Below, piece by piece: positions 37,473 to 50,737 of a DNA stretch of 64,000 nucleotides. The notes beneath the pieces were generated by a model that saw nothing but the letters and a program-made list of their open reading frames with translations, did not search any database and had not been told where the DNA came from. The stretch comes from Syncephalis fuscata S228 (lineage: Eukaryota > Fungi > Zoopagomycota): the NCBI GenBank assembly GCA_025786725.1, contig JAHLTZ010000015.1, forward strand, positions 1 to 64,000, in the 5' to 3' direction. Each line of letters begins with the position of its first letter. The stretch's first letter is position 1. The translations under genes were made by a program, and so were the position numbers.

Positions 37473-40400
37473 ATGAATCATCCTACATTTGATAATAATA
37501 ATAATAATAATGATAACTTATCAGTTAAAAATATTATTGATTTGGTATTAGATCCATCAGCGGAGACTGTACCGCTAGCTCGGACAATTACGAGCGAACA
37601 ATCCGAGATATTTCCCTTAAAACGGAAAAATACTCGTACACAGCATCAGTTATTACCGCCAAAGACTGAAGATTCTGACATTGCAATGCTGTCACATTCG
37701 GACACGGTCACAGCGATCGACGGAGCGACGGTAGAACAGTCCGATGGCCCGGTCGCAATGCCATTGAGTTCAACTGCCGATCTCTCTGATGCAATGATCA
37801 TATCCAAAACAGCTAATCCAGCAAAATCATTGGTAAAAAGGACTGATGATTCATCTGTAGATACGTCAAGTGATTTGAGTAAAAAAAAAGCATTATTGCC
37901 ACTTTCAGCAAAAAACTCGGAAGTCGGCCGTGGTAAGCAATTACGAAATCGACGGGCATTTTCGTGTGATACATGTCGACGACGTAAAGTAAAATGCGAT
38001 CAGCGTCGTCCACAATGTGGTAGTTGTATACACCGTAATAGTACGTGTGTGTACGGGGCTGCCGAAGTAGGCGCATTTGTAGCTGTACTTCGAACATTTA
38101 CTAAGAAAATTCAAAGACGAAAGAAGACGCAATTGCTTTTATTAGCTGATAAGAAAACTGCTTCATTAACTACTAAATCAAATGAATTGAATACAAGTGA
38201 TTTATCGTCAACTGATCAAAGTATACTAAATAATGCTTTTGGTAAAAAGACATTGCCATTACCATCACCTACAGCTGGACAGTATGCAATGTATAGCGAT
38301 AGCCAGCTCGCAACATCAACAACAAATCCGCAAATACAAAAATGTGTTGATTTGCCAAACTCTCCCCCGGAATCGCCGACAGTGCATCCAGTAGCTGATG
38401 AATGGAATAAGAAACATTCATATATAGCATTGACGTCAATGTTATCTTTAACTACCGATAAGCAACTTCCCTCGCCGATGCTATCCGCAACAACACCCGA
38501 GTACGAAGCTGAAAATCCAACGGAATATGAATTGAATTTAACTGCAGTGACCAAACGACGTGAACAAACAAATACATGGATATTTGTACTTGAAAATGCA
38601 ATCTTAAATCCTTCGCTATCAATGCTGCCAGTTGGCAGTCCAGATCCTATAATAGTGCAACATTTAGTAACGCTTTACGTGCAACGAATTCATCCGCAAC
38701 ATCCTATGTTTAGTCTGCAATGGCTAAGCGGAATTATTCGCTCAAAAAGTATTCCATTAGGACTACTTACCGCTATGATGGCCTTGGGCGCGCGATTTTC
38801 AAATAAGCTTGCTCGGTCGACTGAAATATCCAAGCTATTACATAATCAAGCACGATTATTTCTACAGCAAAATATTGATAACTTTGATTTAACAACGGCT
38901 CAAACAGCCATACTAATCAGTATTTATTTATTTATTGAAGGCAATGGACCAATGTCGTTTGCTTGCCAATCACTTGCTTATCGGTAAGTATACGGCTTTG
39001 TTACGCTGCAGTATTAGTACGATAGCAATAGTTTGTAATTGTAAATTTTTGGTAAAAACAATAGCAACTAATAATAGTTTATTTTAGACTTGTAGAAGCA
39101 ATGCATACCAGTATACGAACGCCGTCAAAAAATCATGCCGATAAAATGTTTACAGCGCTAGGCATGAGTCGGTCGAGATATGAAGAACTTCATCATGAGA
39201 CATGGAGGCGCACTTGGTGGTATCTTTATATATTAAATCGCATTTCAGGCTCAAGAACGGGGCAGGCATTTGGTAAACGAATTACTGGTGTACCTATGCC
39301 TACCCAAGAAATTGACGACATGGTGGGTAGAGTTGCTGAACCTAATATCGAAGAACAACATGTTAACAGCTAATCCAAGCAAAACTATCCGGAATTCAAT
39401 GGTCCAGTCCAAGAATCAGTTTCGATGGATAGTAAATTACAGATAGAAAATAGCATTTTAAAACGATTTCGCTACGATAGTTCTTTTAAGCTTGCCATAC
39501 TATTGGAACGCGTTGTACTATTTGTGCGACAAAGTGCCAGCTGGTCAAGCAATACTTCTCAGCAGAACGAAAATCTCATTAGACAGCAACGAATACTTCA
39601 ATATGAATGGTGTCTTGAAGCTAAATCACTCGCAACGTTTAGGGAAATTTACAATCAGCTTACTGCACTAAAAACTGATCGACTAAGTAAACGGTCGATT
39701 GACAAAATAGGTACTCCAAAAGTCGTTACACAACCGTTGCCCACCTTAGCTGCACCGGCCTTACCGACAATGACAGTACAAGATGAGACACAAACAGTGT
39801 CGGCAAAGCTATCGGCCATTCTATACAGCGTATTTCTTCATGCCTTTCATCGTACGATATTAATCCAATTAATGAGCCCACCAATGCCAACATCAATGCA
39901 ATCACTACAATCCAGCGAGTATGAAAGTATTTATGCTCTATTTGATGAACGATTCATTAAGACTACTAGAATTACAAAACTAGCTGATACGATCAAGGAA
40001 GAGGTTGATAATACGACATGCAATAAAACGAACAAATCTCCAAAATCGCCACCATTAAACTTGGAACAACTATCGACCTGCTTGGGCGCTGCCTTGGAGA
40101 TCAGCCGAATAGCCGAGTGTATACCGCTCGATACCATTGCTATTATGCATGGCTATTACCAACAGTGTATTGGAATAACAGCTGATGTATTTCTTAACAT
40201 TCTTGAAAATGAAACTGCTTGGCAGCTCCTTGATCCTATATCAAGTATTACACGATTTGCCCACTGTGCTGACACACTTGGCCAGTATAGCCGTTATTAT
40301 GCCATGGCCGAGTTAAATCGCGTTAATATGGTGTCACGCTTTTGGGAGAAATGCCAGCCCGCTATCCAGCATGCGTATACTACACCAGGGGGCGCACAGC

Positions 40401-40483
40401 TTTTGCAATCACCGGCATTGCAGCGTACCCAGTATCCTGGAACCATGTGGGATCCCAACATTATAGCTTCTTTTGGTATTTAG
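37473..40483 (+). CDS. Zn(II)2Cys6 transcription factor 3 (divergent); intron 38984-39087 and probable intron 39323-39379
   Basis: SCDTCRRRKVKCDQRRPQCGSCIHRNSTCVY; IHPQHPMF; ETWRRTWWYLYILNR. Confidence 0.85.
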
Positions 40484-42964
40484 TAATGCCAAATAACATG
40501 GTGTTTACTAAGGTGCAGCTAATAAAATAACAGCATGCTGTGCTAGAGCCTTGCTTGCGACGTAAAATTACTCATGATGGCAACTTTGAGACAATGGTGA
40601 ATTTCTTTGTAATTAAATGATGTGTACGGAGCAGGCTAAAGTGTCGGCCAATTTCCATTAACATTGCTAAAATGCCGTTTTTGTCATGCAAGTCGTTACA
40701 AGTTTACGCGCTACCCATGATAGAACAGTGGCGATGATCCTGAGTCATATTTACACTATTCTTGTCCTTGTCAATTGAACTGGTTTTAAAATTGTCGCGT
40801 GATCTATGTAATTGAGTTGTAACATATTATTAATAAATTCACATAGATCCTTTTTAGGATTCAATTAATTTTATTGTATTATATTGCGGCATTAATTTGC
40901 ACTGATTCAAAAGTGATAAAGTTGCTGGTTTTTATCATTTACAATAATTTACAACTTATTAAAGATTACAAATCTGATATAAATAGTAACAGGCTGCACG
41001 ATACAAGCATGGCCCATGCAATGAAGCCAAGGTGACGTCGTTAATGGTATTCTCCGGTTCTAACCGATGCACAGTTTTTGGTGTGCCGCTTGATGACTCA
41101 ATAAACAAGTATGATTCATTCCATATCATTACCAACAACAATCAAAACCATCGTTTTAGTACGAATAACCAAATTTGTCAAGTCGACACATTAGTCACAT
41201 TATTGGCTCGCAAAATGTATATTTGAAACAGGCACATGATTTATTGAAGGAAATGGCTTCGGCTATTCACGTTGGCCGAGTTGGAAAAGTCATTTACACG
41301 GTAAACAGTCTGTCTTGGCAACCTGGATCTACTTGCTAAACTATTCTTGGCGCGGTGTACCATTAATCTTAGACGGGGACACTTCTATGGTCTATATTCA
41401 GCACTGGCGTCATAGGACGGGTTCTTCAATGATCATATGCAGCGGTGCGATTTAGTCGGTCTATAAAGTCGTTTATATCTGATGGACAATTAGACGTGAA
41501 TTCAACATTATCATTTTTATTCTTATCATTCATTTGAGCTTTTGTCAATCGTGTTATTTGATTTTTGCTACTTTTTTTTATTAAATCAATTATCTATTAG
41601 CCAGCCAGTCTGTTAGTCAGTCAGCCCATTAGTTAGTTAGTAAACCTGTAGGCAAGCTAGCTGATCAGCCTATTGATTGGTCGCTAGTTATCAGTTTATC
41701 AGAATCTGTTGCCACTTTAAGATTGGCTACTCGCAATACTTTTTTTGTATTTGTCAGCAATTGACACTGTATAGCGGTATTGGTTATAAAGCTGACAAAC
41801 GCAGCCAGTCAATCAGCCAGCCAGCCATTTTGCAACTCAACTCCTGCTTATTATTCGTCCTTTTGTACGAAGCGTCTACAGTACCACTGCTATCTCTGCT
41901 GCCTATCACTGCCGCTGCTGCTGCTAAACTATTGAAACTAGTTGCGCCTTGTTTATTTTCACCTTACGCTTGACGTCATTAACTTGATTGGATTCTTAAA
42001 TACCAAAAATACTTTTTATTTTTCTTATATATTTCTTGCTCCATCTAAATAGCCACAATAACAGTCCTATCGCTGTAAAGTCAAGTTTTATTCGGTGAGT
42101 GAGTATTTTTCGGTCAATCGCGTTTCTTTTCTCCGTCCCGATACGGCTTGCATCTATCGGACAACTGATGGTCTCCTGGTAGTTCACAGTGTTGTATCAA
42201 GTGCAGATATGGGTATCACTGCATCAAACATTTTTATGCATGATCAAGTCTGCCTGTATTGACAAACGTAAGCCATCACTAATCAATTGAAAGTGTATGA
42301 TCAAATATATTAAACCGCGCTTTATTTCACACAACCACTGTATTCTATTTATTATCTACATATTTCCACATAAACACGTGGGTTTATATGGTACAGCCTT
42401 CCATGCTGTCATGGATATTTACACTCTCACAGCCTTATCGTCTTTGCAAGGTTTCCCTTGCTTTGGTACTTGTACTATTCCGTCATTTTTGCCCATTACT
42501 CGCTCACTCTCGTTCCTCCATGTCATTTGCTTATCACTGAACCACGATTAGCATATACGCCATTGCACTATTCTTATCTTTACTTGTTTTATCTCTAAAC
42601 AAGCTTTTGCTTTGCTCTGGACTGTCTGCCGCAATTCCTATCGCTTTCGCCTTGTAAATTGGCTGGACGGCCTTATAGGCTGCTCTAAACACTCACACTT
42701 TCTTTTCATTCCTGTAATCACCGCTACTGCACTCTCTCGTTCACTGTTCTTGGCATATGCTTGCCAATATTTGAAACGCTGACACTAACTGTTTTGTTTC
42801 CTAAATATTTGGGTACATTCTTTCTTTATTTTATAGTAATTCTGAATATATGCGTATGCCTATTGTGCATTGTCATAGAATCCTTGAAAGCGTAGAATCT
42901 TTTCTTTATTAAATCCTGCGGATACACTGTTAGCAAATCTGCCTTTCGTCGCCATTCTACTACT

Positions 42965-45900
42965 ATGAATACATTTCCTGAAAACGCATCGATGTCAAAT
43001 TGGATAAACACCAACGATATGAACAATCGCAACAACGCTGGCACCGCTGCTAATGCAGCCGGCAATACGCAACAGTATGCATTGCCACTCCAACTGTCGC
43101 AATCAGCAGTCGATTTGTTTGACCCAGCAGGTGGTTTATTTGCTGCTGTCAGTAGTCAATCCAATATCTACAATACGCAGCCGGCCAATATTCACATGGC
43201 TAGTAATCATGCAGCATTTACTGCTTCTAATAATACACCTAATGCAAACGCTGGTGCTGCTGCCGCCGCCGCCGCTGCTGCTACTGCTACTACTACTGCT
43301 AGTGCAGCTTCAGCGATTAACAAACCAAAAAAGCGATTCCGTCGTACCCAGGCATGCGATGACTGCCGTCGACGCAAGGTACGCTGTGATGGCAATCGGC
43401 CCAGTTGTACGAGCTGTCTACGACATGGTGTAGCCTGCCATTACCAAGAAACGCTAAAGAAACGTGGTCCAAAGCCAGGCTATATCGAAAAGCTGGAACG
43501 TCGTTTAAATCTGATGGAAAAGATGTTAATGCCACTTTCAGTACCTACAGAGAATGGTTCTGGTCAGACTCAATACTCGCAAAACAAGATGTTTAATTCC
43601 AGTGCAGCAGAAAAGCTAATGCGTGAATTGGCTGAAGATTCGATTGATATGCAAGGACTGTCTAATCAAATGGACTGGTTTTCACAATTAAGCGATACTG
43701 GCAACGCAAATTCACCAACAACGGCCACAACACCGGCACCGGCGTCAACATCAGCATCAGCGTCAACATCAACGCCAGTGATAGCAACAGCAACAACAAC
43801 AGCACCCAGTAGCACCGCTTCGCAGCCTGCCAAAAACGAACTGGCAATTAAGCCAATGAATACATCATCAGTAGCACAATCTATCTGTACGCTAGCATCA
43901 ATCATGAGTGAAGAAAACGATAACAATACTGTTGATTCATTAATGGGTAAACACGGATCACCACCACCGCTACCTAGATTCAACGTAAACGTTGCGGGAG
44001 AGTTAACGAACGTTTTAGTAGATGCGCCAGATATGGCAGATGCCAATAATTCTGTCGTCAACAATCTACCAGTCGACACCAGCAGTATACTCGCCATGAA
44101 TACACCTGATACGACATCACCTCAATTACGCGATCATTTAATCGAAAATGTATTTACGTATGCCTATTACAGCACGCCCTTCCTACATCGTGCTACTTTT
44201 ATACGACAAACGCGCGATAATACTGTTCCTCGGATGTTATTATACGCAGTCATGGCATTAGGCGTGCGATTTTCACCTTTGCCTGAAGTTCGTAACGATC
44301 CATCACTTCGTAATGGTATGGTTTATGTCCATCGGGCGAAGAATTTACTTAAACAAACGGTCGCTATACCTGACGTCACTTCCATTGCCACTCTTTCCAT
44401 CCTTGGTTCGTATATGTATGCTTGTGGCGATATGGCGAAAAGCTGGATTGCTGCAGGTGCATCACTTCGGTAAGTTATAGCATAAATGAGTAATGCGTTA
44501 TTGAATACAAAAACTAACAAAAAATGAATGTTTATTTAGAATGGCACAAGGACTTGGACTTCATGTGTTAGACGATGAAACAGATGATGCTTGCTGTATA
44601 GATAGCGGAATGAAGGACGATTGGATTGGTCGTGAAATGAGACGGCGACTTTGGTGGTCATTAGTGCTTACTGATCGGTTTGCTGGTGTGGCCAGTGGGC
44701 GACCTATGGCTGTTGACGAAGACGACTGTGAGGTGAAGCCAGCATGCGATGACGCTTTATGGCATCAAGATACGCTGGGCGATGGCGTCCCATTGACTGG
44801 CGAGCCAGTTGGTGATATTGGCCATCTTACTGCCTGGACAAGTCGGCCCAGCTACATGGGTATGCAAACGTGGATGCGTCTTGCTTTACTTACTGGTCGA
44901 GTTGCGCGCTATGTTAACCGTCCACGTCAACGAGGCCCCAATGGCATGTATACCGGACCACCGGACGATCGATTTGTCCGGCTTGAAAAGGAACTTATGG
45001 AGTTTGGAAAAGATACGGCGAATATACTTGAAGCGGTTGGACTTACCGATGACCCAACGTGGCCACCCACCAACGTACGTCGTTCGGGTAATATAGAGAA
45101 GTTTGTTGCACGTGATGAAATGGTCCGCTATACAATTCGTATGGTATATCATGTAGCACAACTTTATCTTTATCGATCGATTCTATCAAGCAAATTCAAC
45201 ACCGGCTGTTATGAGGCACACACACCTTACACTATCTCCTATCTAAGACGTGCCCAAACTGCCGCTGATAGTATTTTGGCTATATGTGCTCGTCTACGTC
45301 CTGAGCATTATGCTTACTCTATCCCGCCATTTATCTTTGGTGTGGCGGCTTCATGCCTTATGCAATTGCATACGGCGGTATCGGGCGATTTAGGACCAGC
45401 TGCTGTCACTGCAGCTCAACAGAAATTAGCAACTGCACTTTATGTGCTATCACAAACCGAAAATTACTGGGCCATTGCCGGTCTTCATCGTGGCATGCTT
45501 ACAGAACTATGTCATATGATGGACGAGCGTACTTCATCCCGTCGAGCAGATACACCAATTTCAACCGATAATACTAATAGTAATACTAACAACAGCAATG
45601 ATAGCGATCAAAACAATGTATGGAAAAATGTACGCCTGCCAATAAAAACGTCAATGCGCGAACTTATTCCATTATGGGAACGTGCCGTACAACGTGAACT
45701 TGCCGCGCTATTTGCCGGACAACAACGTTCAAATAATCTTGGTCTATTGCAACCATTTAATGCAGCGATGGAAATGAACGATCTTAGCGGCAGCAGTGCT
45801 AGTAATGGATCAGAATCACCAGAAATTCGCTCACTTACTAACACGCCTACCTTTAAAGATGACGATGATTTAAGTTCATTTACTGATACGCCTTATTCAC

Positions 45901-46139
45901 CAGCAACAGCTACTTCGTCGTCATTTTCCATGGGTCATAATCATTTTAGTTCACCTGTTAATAGTCATAATATGATGAATAACAGTGCTAGCACCACACC
46001 TGCAACATCAATGGCCGATATGTTCCCTTCGCCTATAATGCAGAGTGAACATGGCAATTCTATTTCTGTGGATTATTCACAAATATTACAATCAGCCACT
46101 TCATTTACTGGACTACCTTCATTCCCGCGACAAAATTAA
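42965..46139 (+). CDS. Zn(II)2Cys6 transcription factor 4; intron 44470-44539
   Basis: ACDDCRRRKVRCDGNRPSCTSCLRHGVACHY; KKRGPKPGYIEKLERRL; PFLHRATF; R|MAQGLGLH; EMRRRLWWSLVLTDR. Confidence 0.95.
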
Positions 46140-46788
46140 CACAATCAGATGCATCTTTTTCATTTTATTTGAGTTTTATTTTCTACCAATGATACATCAT
46201 ATAACATCTTAAATATTATTTGGCGTATTTACTTTACAGGCACACACACACTTATATATACACATTTATACAAATACTTTTTACTCCATTTCCATTAACG
46301 CGATACAACCTACCTATTCATACATATGTATGTAAGTATTGGTTGTTTATTGGTTAAAGATTAGGAGTCATATCTAGTTTTCGTTCCTCAAATTTATCAT
46401 ACTATCGGTTTGTTTCTAATAATATGTATGTATAGAATGATGATAATGAAACGATACCGATGATAGTTATGTTTTTATGAAGATGCTATTGTTACCATTG
46501 CTATTATGACTGCTAATGATGACATCATCATTGAGCTAAGGCAATTGCGTTTACTAGCTTTTTGTTTTTCTCTTTTGCTTTTGACATCTTAAAGTCATTA
46601 AATTGTTTAAAATTACTTGATCGTTTATTAATTTATTATTTAAATGTACAAAGTGCGGAATTATTGAAATCTGACTAATAGTGGAAATTAAACAAACTAT
46701 AGATCAAATGAATATCATTTTTCTAGTTGTAATATATATTAGAATATCAGTAGAAAAGTAATAAATAATTGTGCGGCAGCGTCATTTA

Positions 46789-48210
46789 TAGCTTTGAATC
46801 ATCTTATATACTTTCTTACGTATATTTACCATTCTATATATTATTCTATACTCGCCTAGCCTTTCTCTATCCAAAGCTGTTTTTATTCTTGTTCCAGCTT
46901 TATTATTCATAAAGTTGGACTAGTGTCGATCATTGATCCTGTATACATGCTCATTAACTTGGACATAGCTAGTCGCTATTTCACACCGTAAATTTTTTAT
47001 ATTGCATATCATTCAATTGCCTAGTAAATACGCGCTAGCTACTGGAGTTGTTCGTTTGATTCTAGTACAATTATTAATAAATCCCACTCATTTATCTCAT
47101 TTATTTAGCAAACTATGTGTAATTGAAACCTATAATAACATAATGTACTTCGTATAGCATAGAATGATATATATAACAGTATAAACATACATCGTTAGCA
47201 ATATAGATGAATAGAATATATATGCATACTGGATAATAAATCTATAATGAGTATCTTAAACTTTAATGTCATTCACCACCCAACAGCATGTCCAATAGAA
47301 AAAATGTTTAAATGCATAAATATTATTAACTGTAGTCATTTGGCATCAAATCACACTAAACAATAAGCAACTGTTGGCAAACAGCATTAGTTATGGGGTG
47401 GTATAACATTTAACATTATAGGACATGACGATAAACAGTCGACTGCCGCATCTACGCATTGCTATAGCAGCACTGTGCTGTTATAGTCGCAATTGCCATA
47501 GTACCGATTATAGGTCGGATCAATTGCGGCTATGAACGGTGCTATGAGTTAAACGTTAAGTATTAGCGTTAGCGTTAAGCATGACCACCACTGCTAGCGT
47601 GTTAATAGCTCAATGTAATTTAGAGGCCAAATAGTTTTATTTATACCATTCGCGTACTTAAACTACATATTCATTATATTGCACATGGGATGGATGATGA
47701 GTGACATTGGCTATCAGGTTTATTATATGATAAATTTACTATCATGAATGCCCTGTATAGCTCTATCTACTGTAGATACCACCATATTGTTGCATTCTCG
47801 CAGTATTACAATATTGATGTTTGCACTGTATTTATTCTCTACTTTCTACAACTCCATACCAGCCTATTTGGCATTAACTAGCCCAGCAATCATTAGTCAT
47901 GAATGACCAGCCTAATACATATTTTAATAAAGCAATAAGTTTATGCATACCCATATTACTTGTCTTATCCGTATATATGGCTTAATAAACAAAGCTGGTC
48001 AAAGTTTATTGGTAATTGCATTGCAAATAAACGAACAACAGTTATGAATAGTACATGGCTGCTACAAAATAAATGAAATAGGATAGAGCGAATACAAGTG
48101 GAAGTGTACGATTATTAGTGTTAAGTGTATAATGCATAGAATCTTATCATTGATGCATAAGATTTATGATCATTGTAAATTTGGATTGTTTGTTATTTAC
48201 AACAAATATG
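46789..48210. repeat. ~1.42-kb non-coding direct repeat, copy 2
   Basis: Near-identical to 29405-30829, same orientation. Confidence 0.95.
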
Positions 48211-50737
48211 TAACCCAGTTGCGCGGAAATTGTTAATATAATCATTTGCCCACCAAATCACATTAGATAAATTATAAATTAACTTATATAATGATTTCAA
48301 ATGACACACAAATTTCTGTGTAATTAATATATTTATTTGACTAACTAAATACCAGGGCTCACATACTTTTAAAAACTAAAACAAAATAACACAACGCACA
48401 TTTACTAATGTAATAACTTTAACAGATATAAATAAAATGACTAGCTAAATAAATCACTTTGCTTCTAGACCAGCTTACAAGTCCATTAAAATAAAATAAA
48501 AAGTATTTTCTTATTAAAATCTCCTATAGAAATTATTGGAATGTTCTATTGACCAAAATAATTTACAGCATAACACATGGTTCGCATCCAGACATTGATA
48601 TCCATGAATTACAGCATTTTAGATTATTATATCACGTGCTTGTGCAACGATGTCCAGAATTACTAAAAATCAATGCTTCTAAACGGAAAAACAGGTTTCG
48701 CATAACGATACTGCTTATAATTTTTATCCTTCACATCCTTTTCATCCTTCTACTCCTTGCTGTTTGCTCCTCGGCCTCTATGACTGGTAGAACGACATTT
48801 GGATGTTGTTTGTAGCTCTGGAGGGTTTGCGTAACAAACGGTACTGTATAACTTGGGTACCCTCATGCATTTAACCTGTCTTTGCGCTTTGACAACACGC
48901 TATAGTCTGTTGGCATCGGTAACCGAACCAGATGCATTAGGTGCCGTCTAATCTATTACGCTGACACAATGGTTGGCAAAAAGAATTTCTCGAGTACAAA
49001 GCTGAAACGTGTTATAGCAGTAGACACGCATAATTATACATACACATACACACACACATACACACACACACACGTACATTTGTCGATTCATCTGTCGTCT
49101 ATCAATCTATCCATCTATCTATCTGTTCATCTAATTATTCATGCTCTGCCTAAGCTATAGCGAATTGAAGTTTTCCGGTTTATTCCGCTATTGCCAAATA
49201 TCGATGGGTGTAGCAAATTCTAATTATTGGTTTTATTATTCTACTAGTCAAGTAGTTTAATAGTCGGCTAGCCAGTCACTTTGTATTTTATTTCTACTAT
49301 TTATCACACCCCCTTTATTTTTATTTTGCTTTAGCATAGATAAATATACCTTTGTTGCCTACACCACCAAGCATTTGATACCAGAAGTGCTGGTCAGGTA
49401 TCTATAAAAACAGAGAAATAGGCATAGAAGCAAAAGGCTTTGGTTGCACAACGAGGTTCTCTCACATGAGCACAAGTACCAATTACTATGTTTATCCGAA
49501 AATGGCAGCCTTCTTCTTCATCGACTTGTTTCAAGGCGAGTCAGTATGGCAGAAGCTAAGAAGACGATAAAGTCCATATTTTATATTGGTTTGTCCTCTC
49601 TCTCTTTATATATAGGTGTGTTTGTACGTACATAAAACAATATAGTGAAATGAACAATAAATGAAACGATAAAACGACATGTATAGTAATGGGAATTCCA
49701 ATGTAGCAGCAATGGCTTTTTGCAGCTACTTGCAGTCGATGGTGCAGTATTTAAGGTGGCCATAATTATATATATAAACACCCATTTTTCTTACTAGTAT
49801 ATATTAAAAGAAAGCGTGTAAAGACTTCGAACCAATAGTCACATAGCTTTCCTCTCCTACTGAATCAGTCATCAAACATCTATACCACCTTTGTCACGGA
49901 GTATCTTTTACTGTTACCTGTACCTCAGACTTGCTTACCTGCTTTCCTTCCTTCTTCCCTTTCCTTCTCACTCTTTAGGTGTCTGTAAGTGTGCGTGTGT
50001 ATGCACACATGCTATACTGACAACTTAGCTCCTGCTCTTTTTATTCTTCATACTATCACTTCTTTCTTTGCTATTACCCACTCGCACACACACGCACATT
50101 CTACTCTCCGCGTCTCTTTTTCTATATAACTACCGTTATTGAACTACCACGTCCGTGCACGTAAGTATACCATATTTGTTTTGGCCATTCATCTCCATTC
50201 CACTATTTGGTTGACGGCTCTTTTTTTGCTTTTCTAAGCTTGTTCCAGCCTCCTTTTCTCCTTTCTTGCTCTTGCTCTCGCTCTACTCTCGCTCTACTCG
50301 TTTCTCTGCACACCAAAGAGAGAGAAACTACGATATTAGATATAATTGACGCCGTGCGAATCATTTACAATCTATACTCCGTTTCAATCTTTCTTATTAA
50401 CTTGTAAAGGCGACCTGGAAACAATTGGTGTAGGTGTGTGCACGTTTATGCGTCATCGCCTTTACAATACCCAGCTGCCACGATTATTCTTTCGCTATAC
50501 AGTTGCATTGCTCGGTATTAGTTATTGTTATTTTACATGACAACTTAATTCATTGGGTGTGTTTATGCGTGTGTCACTCTATTAAGACGTTCTTTTTATT
50601 TAGCCATTTAACAGAATCCCGTGACGGTAGTAATAGTTGCGTCTCAAGTTTTACGATAATTTTCTATTGCTTTATCTGTGCTGTCTTTTAAAAACGACTA
50701 TTTGATTTGAATATTATCTTTTTTTTTCAAAAACGTC

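Noticed and set aside
28334-49075. Microsatellites (TG/CA runs near 28334, 35650, 37130, 49040; GACA/GGCA near 36437) and the His/Thr/Cys-rich ORFs over them
   Set aside because: Simple repeats in TF upstream regions; the ORFs are compositional artefacts.
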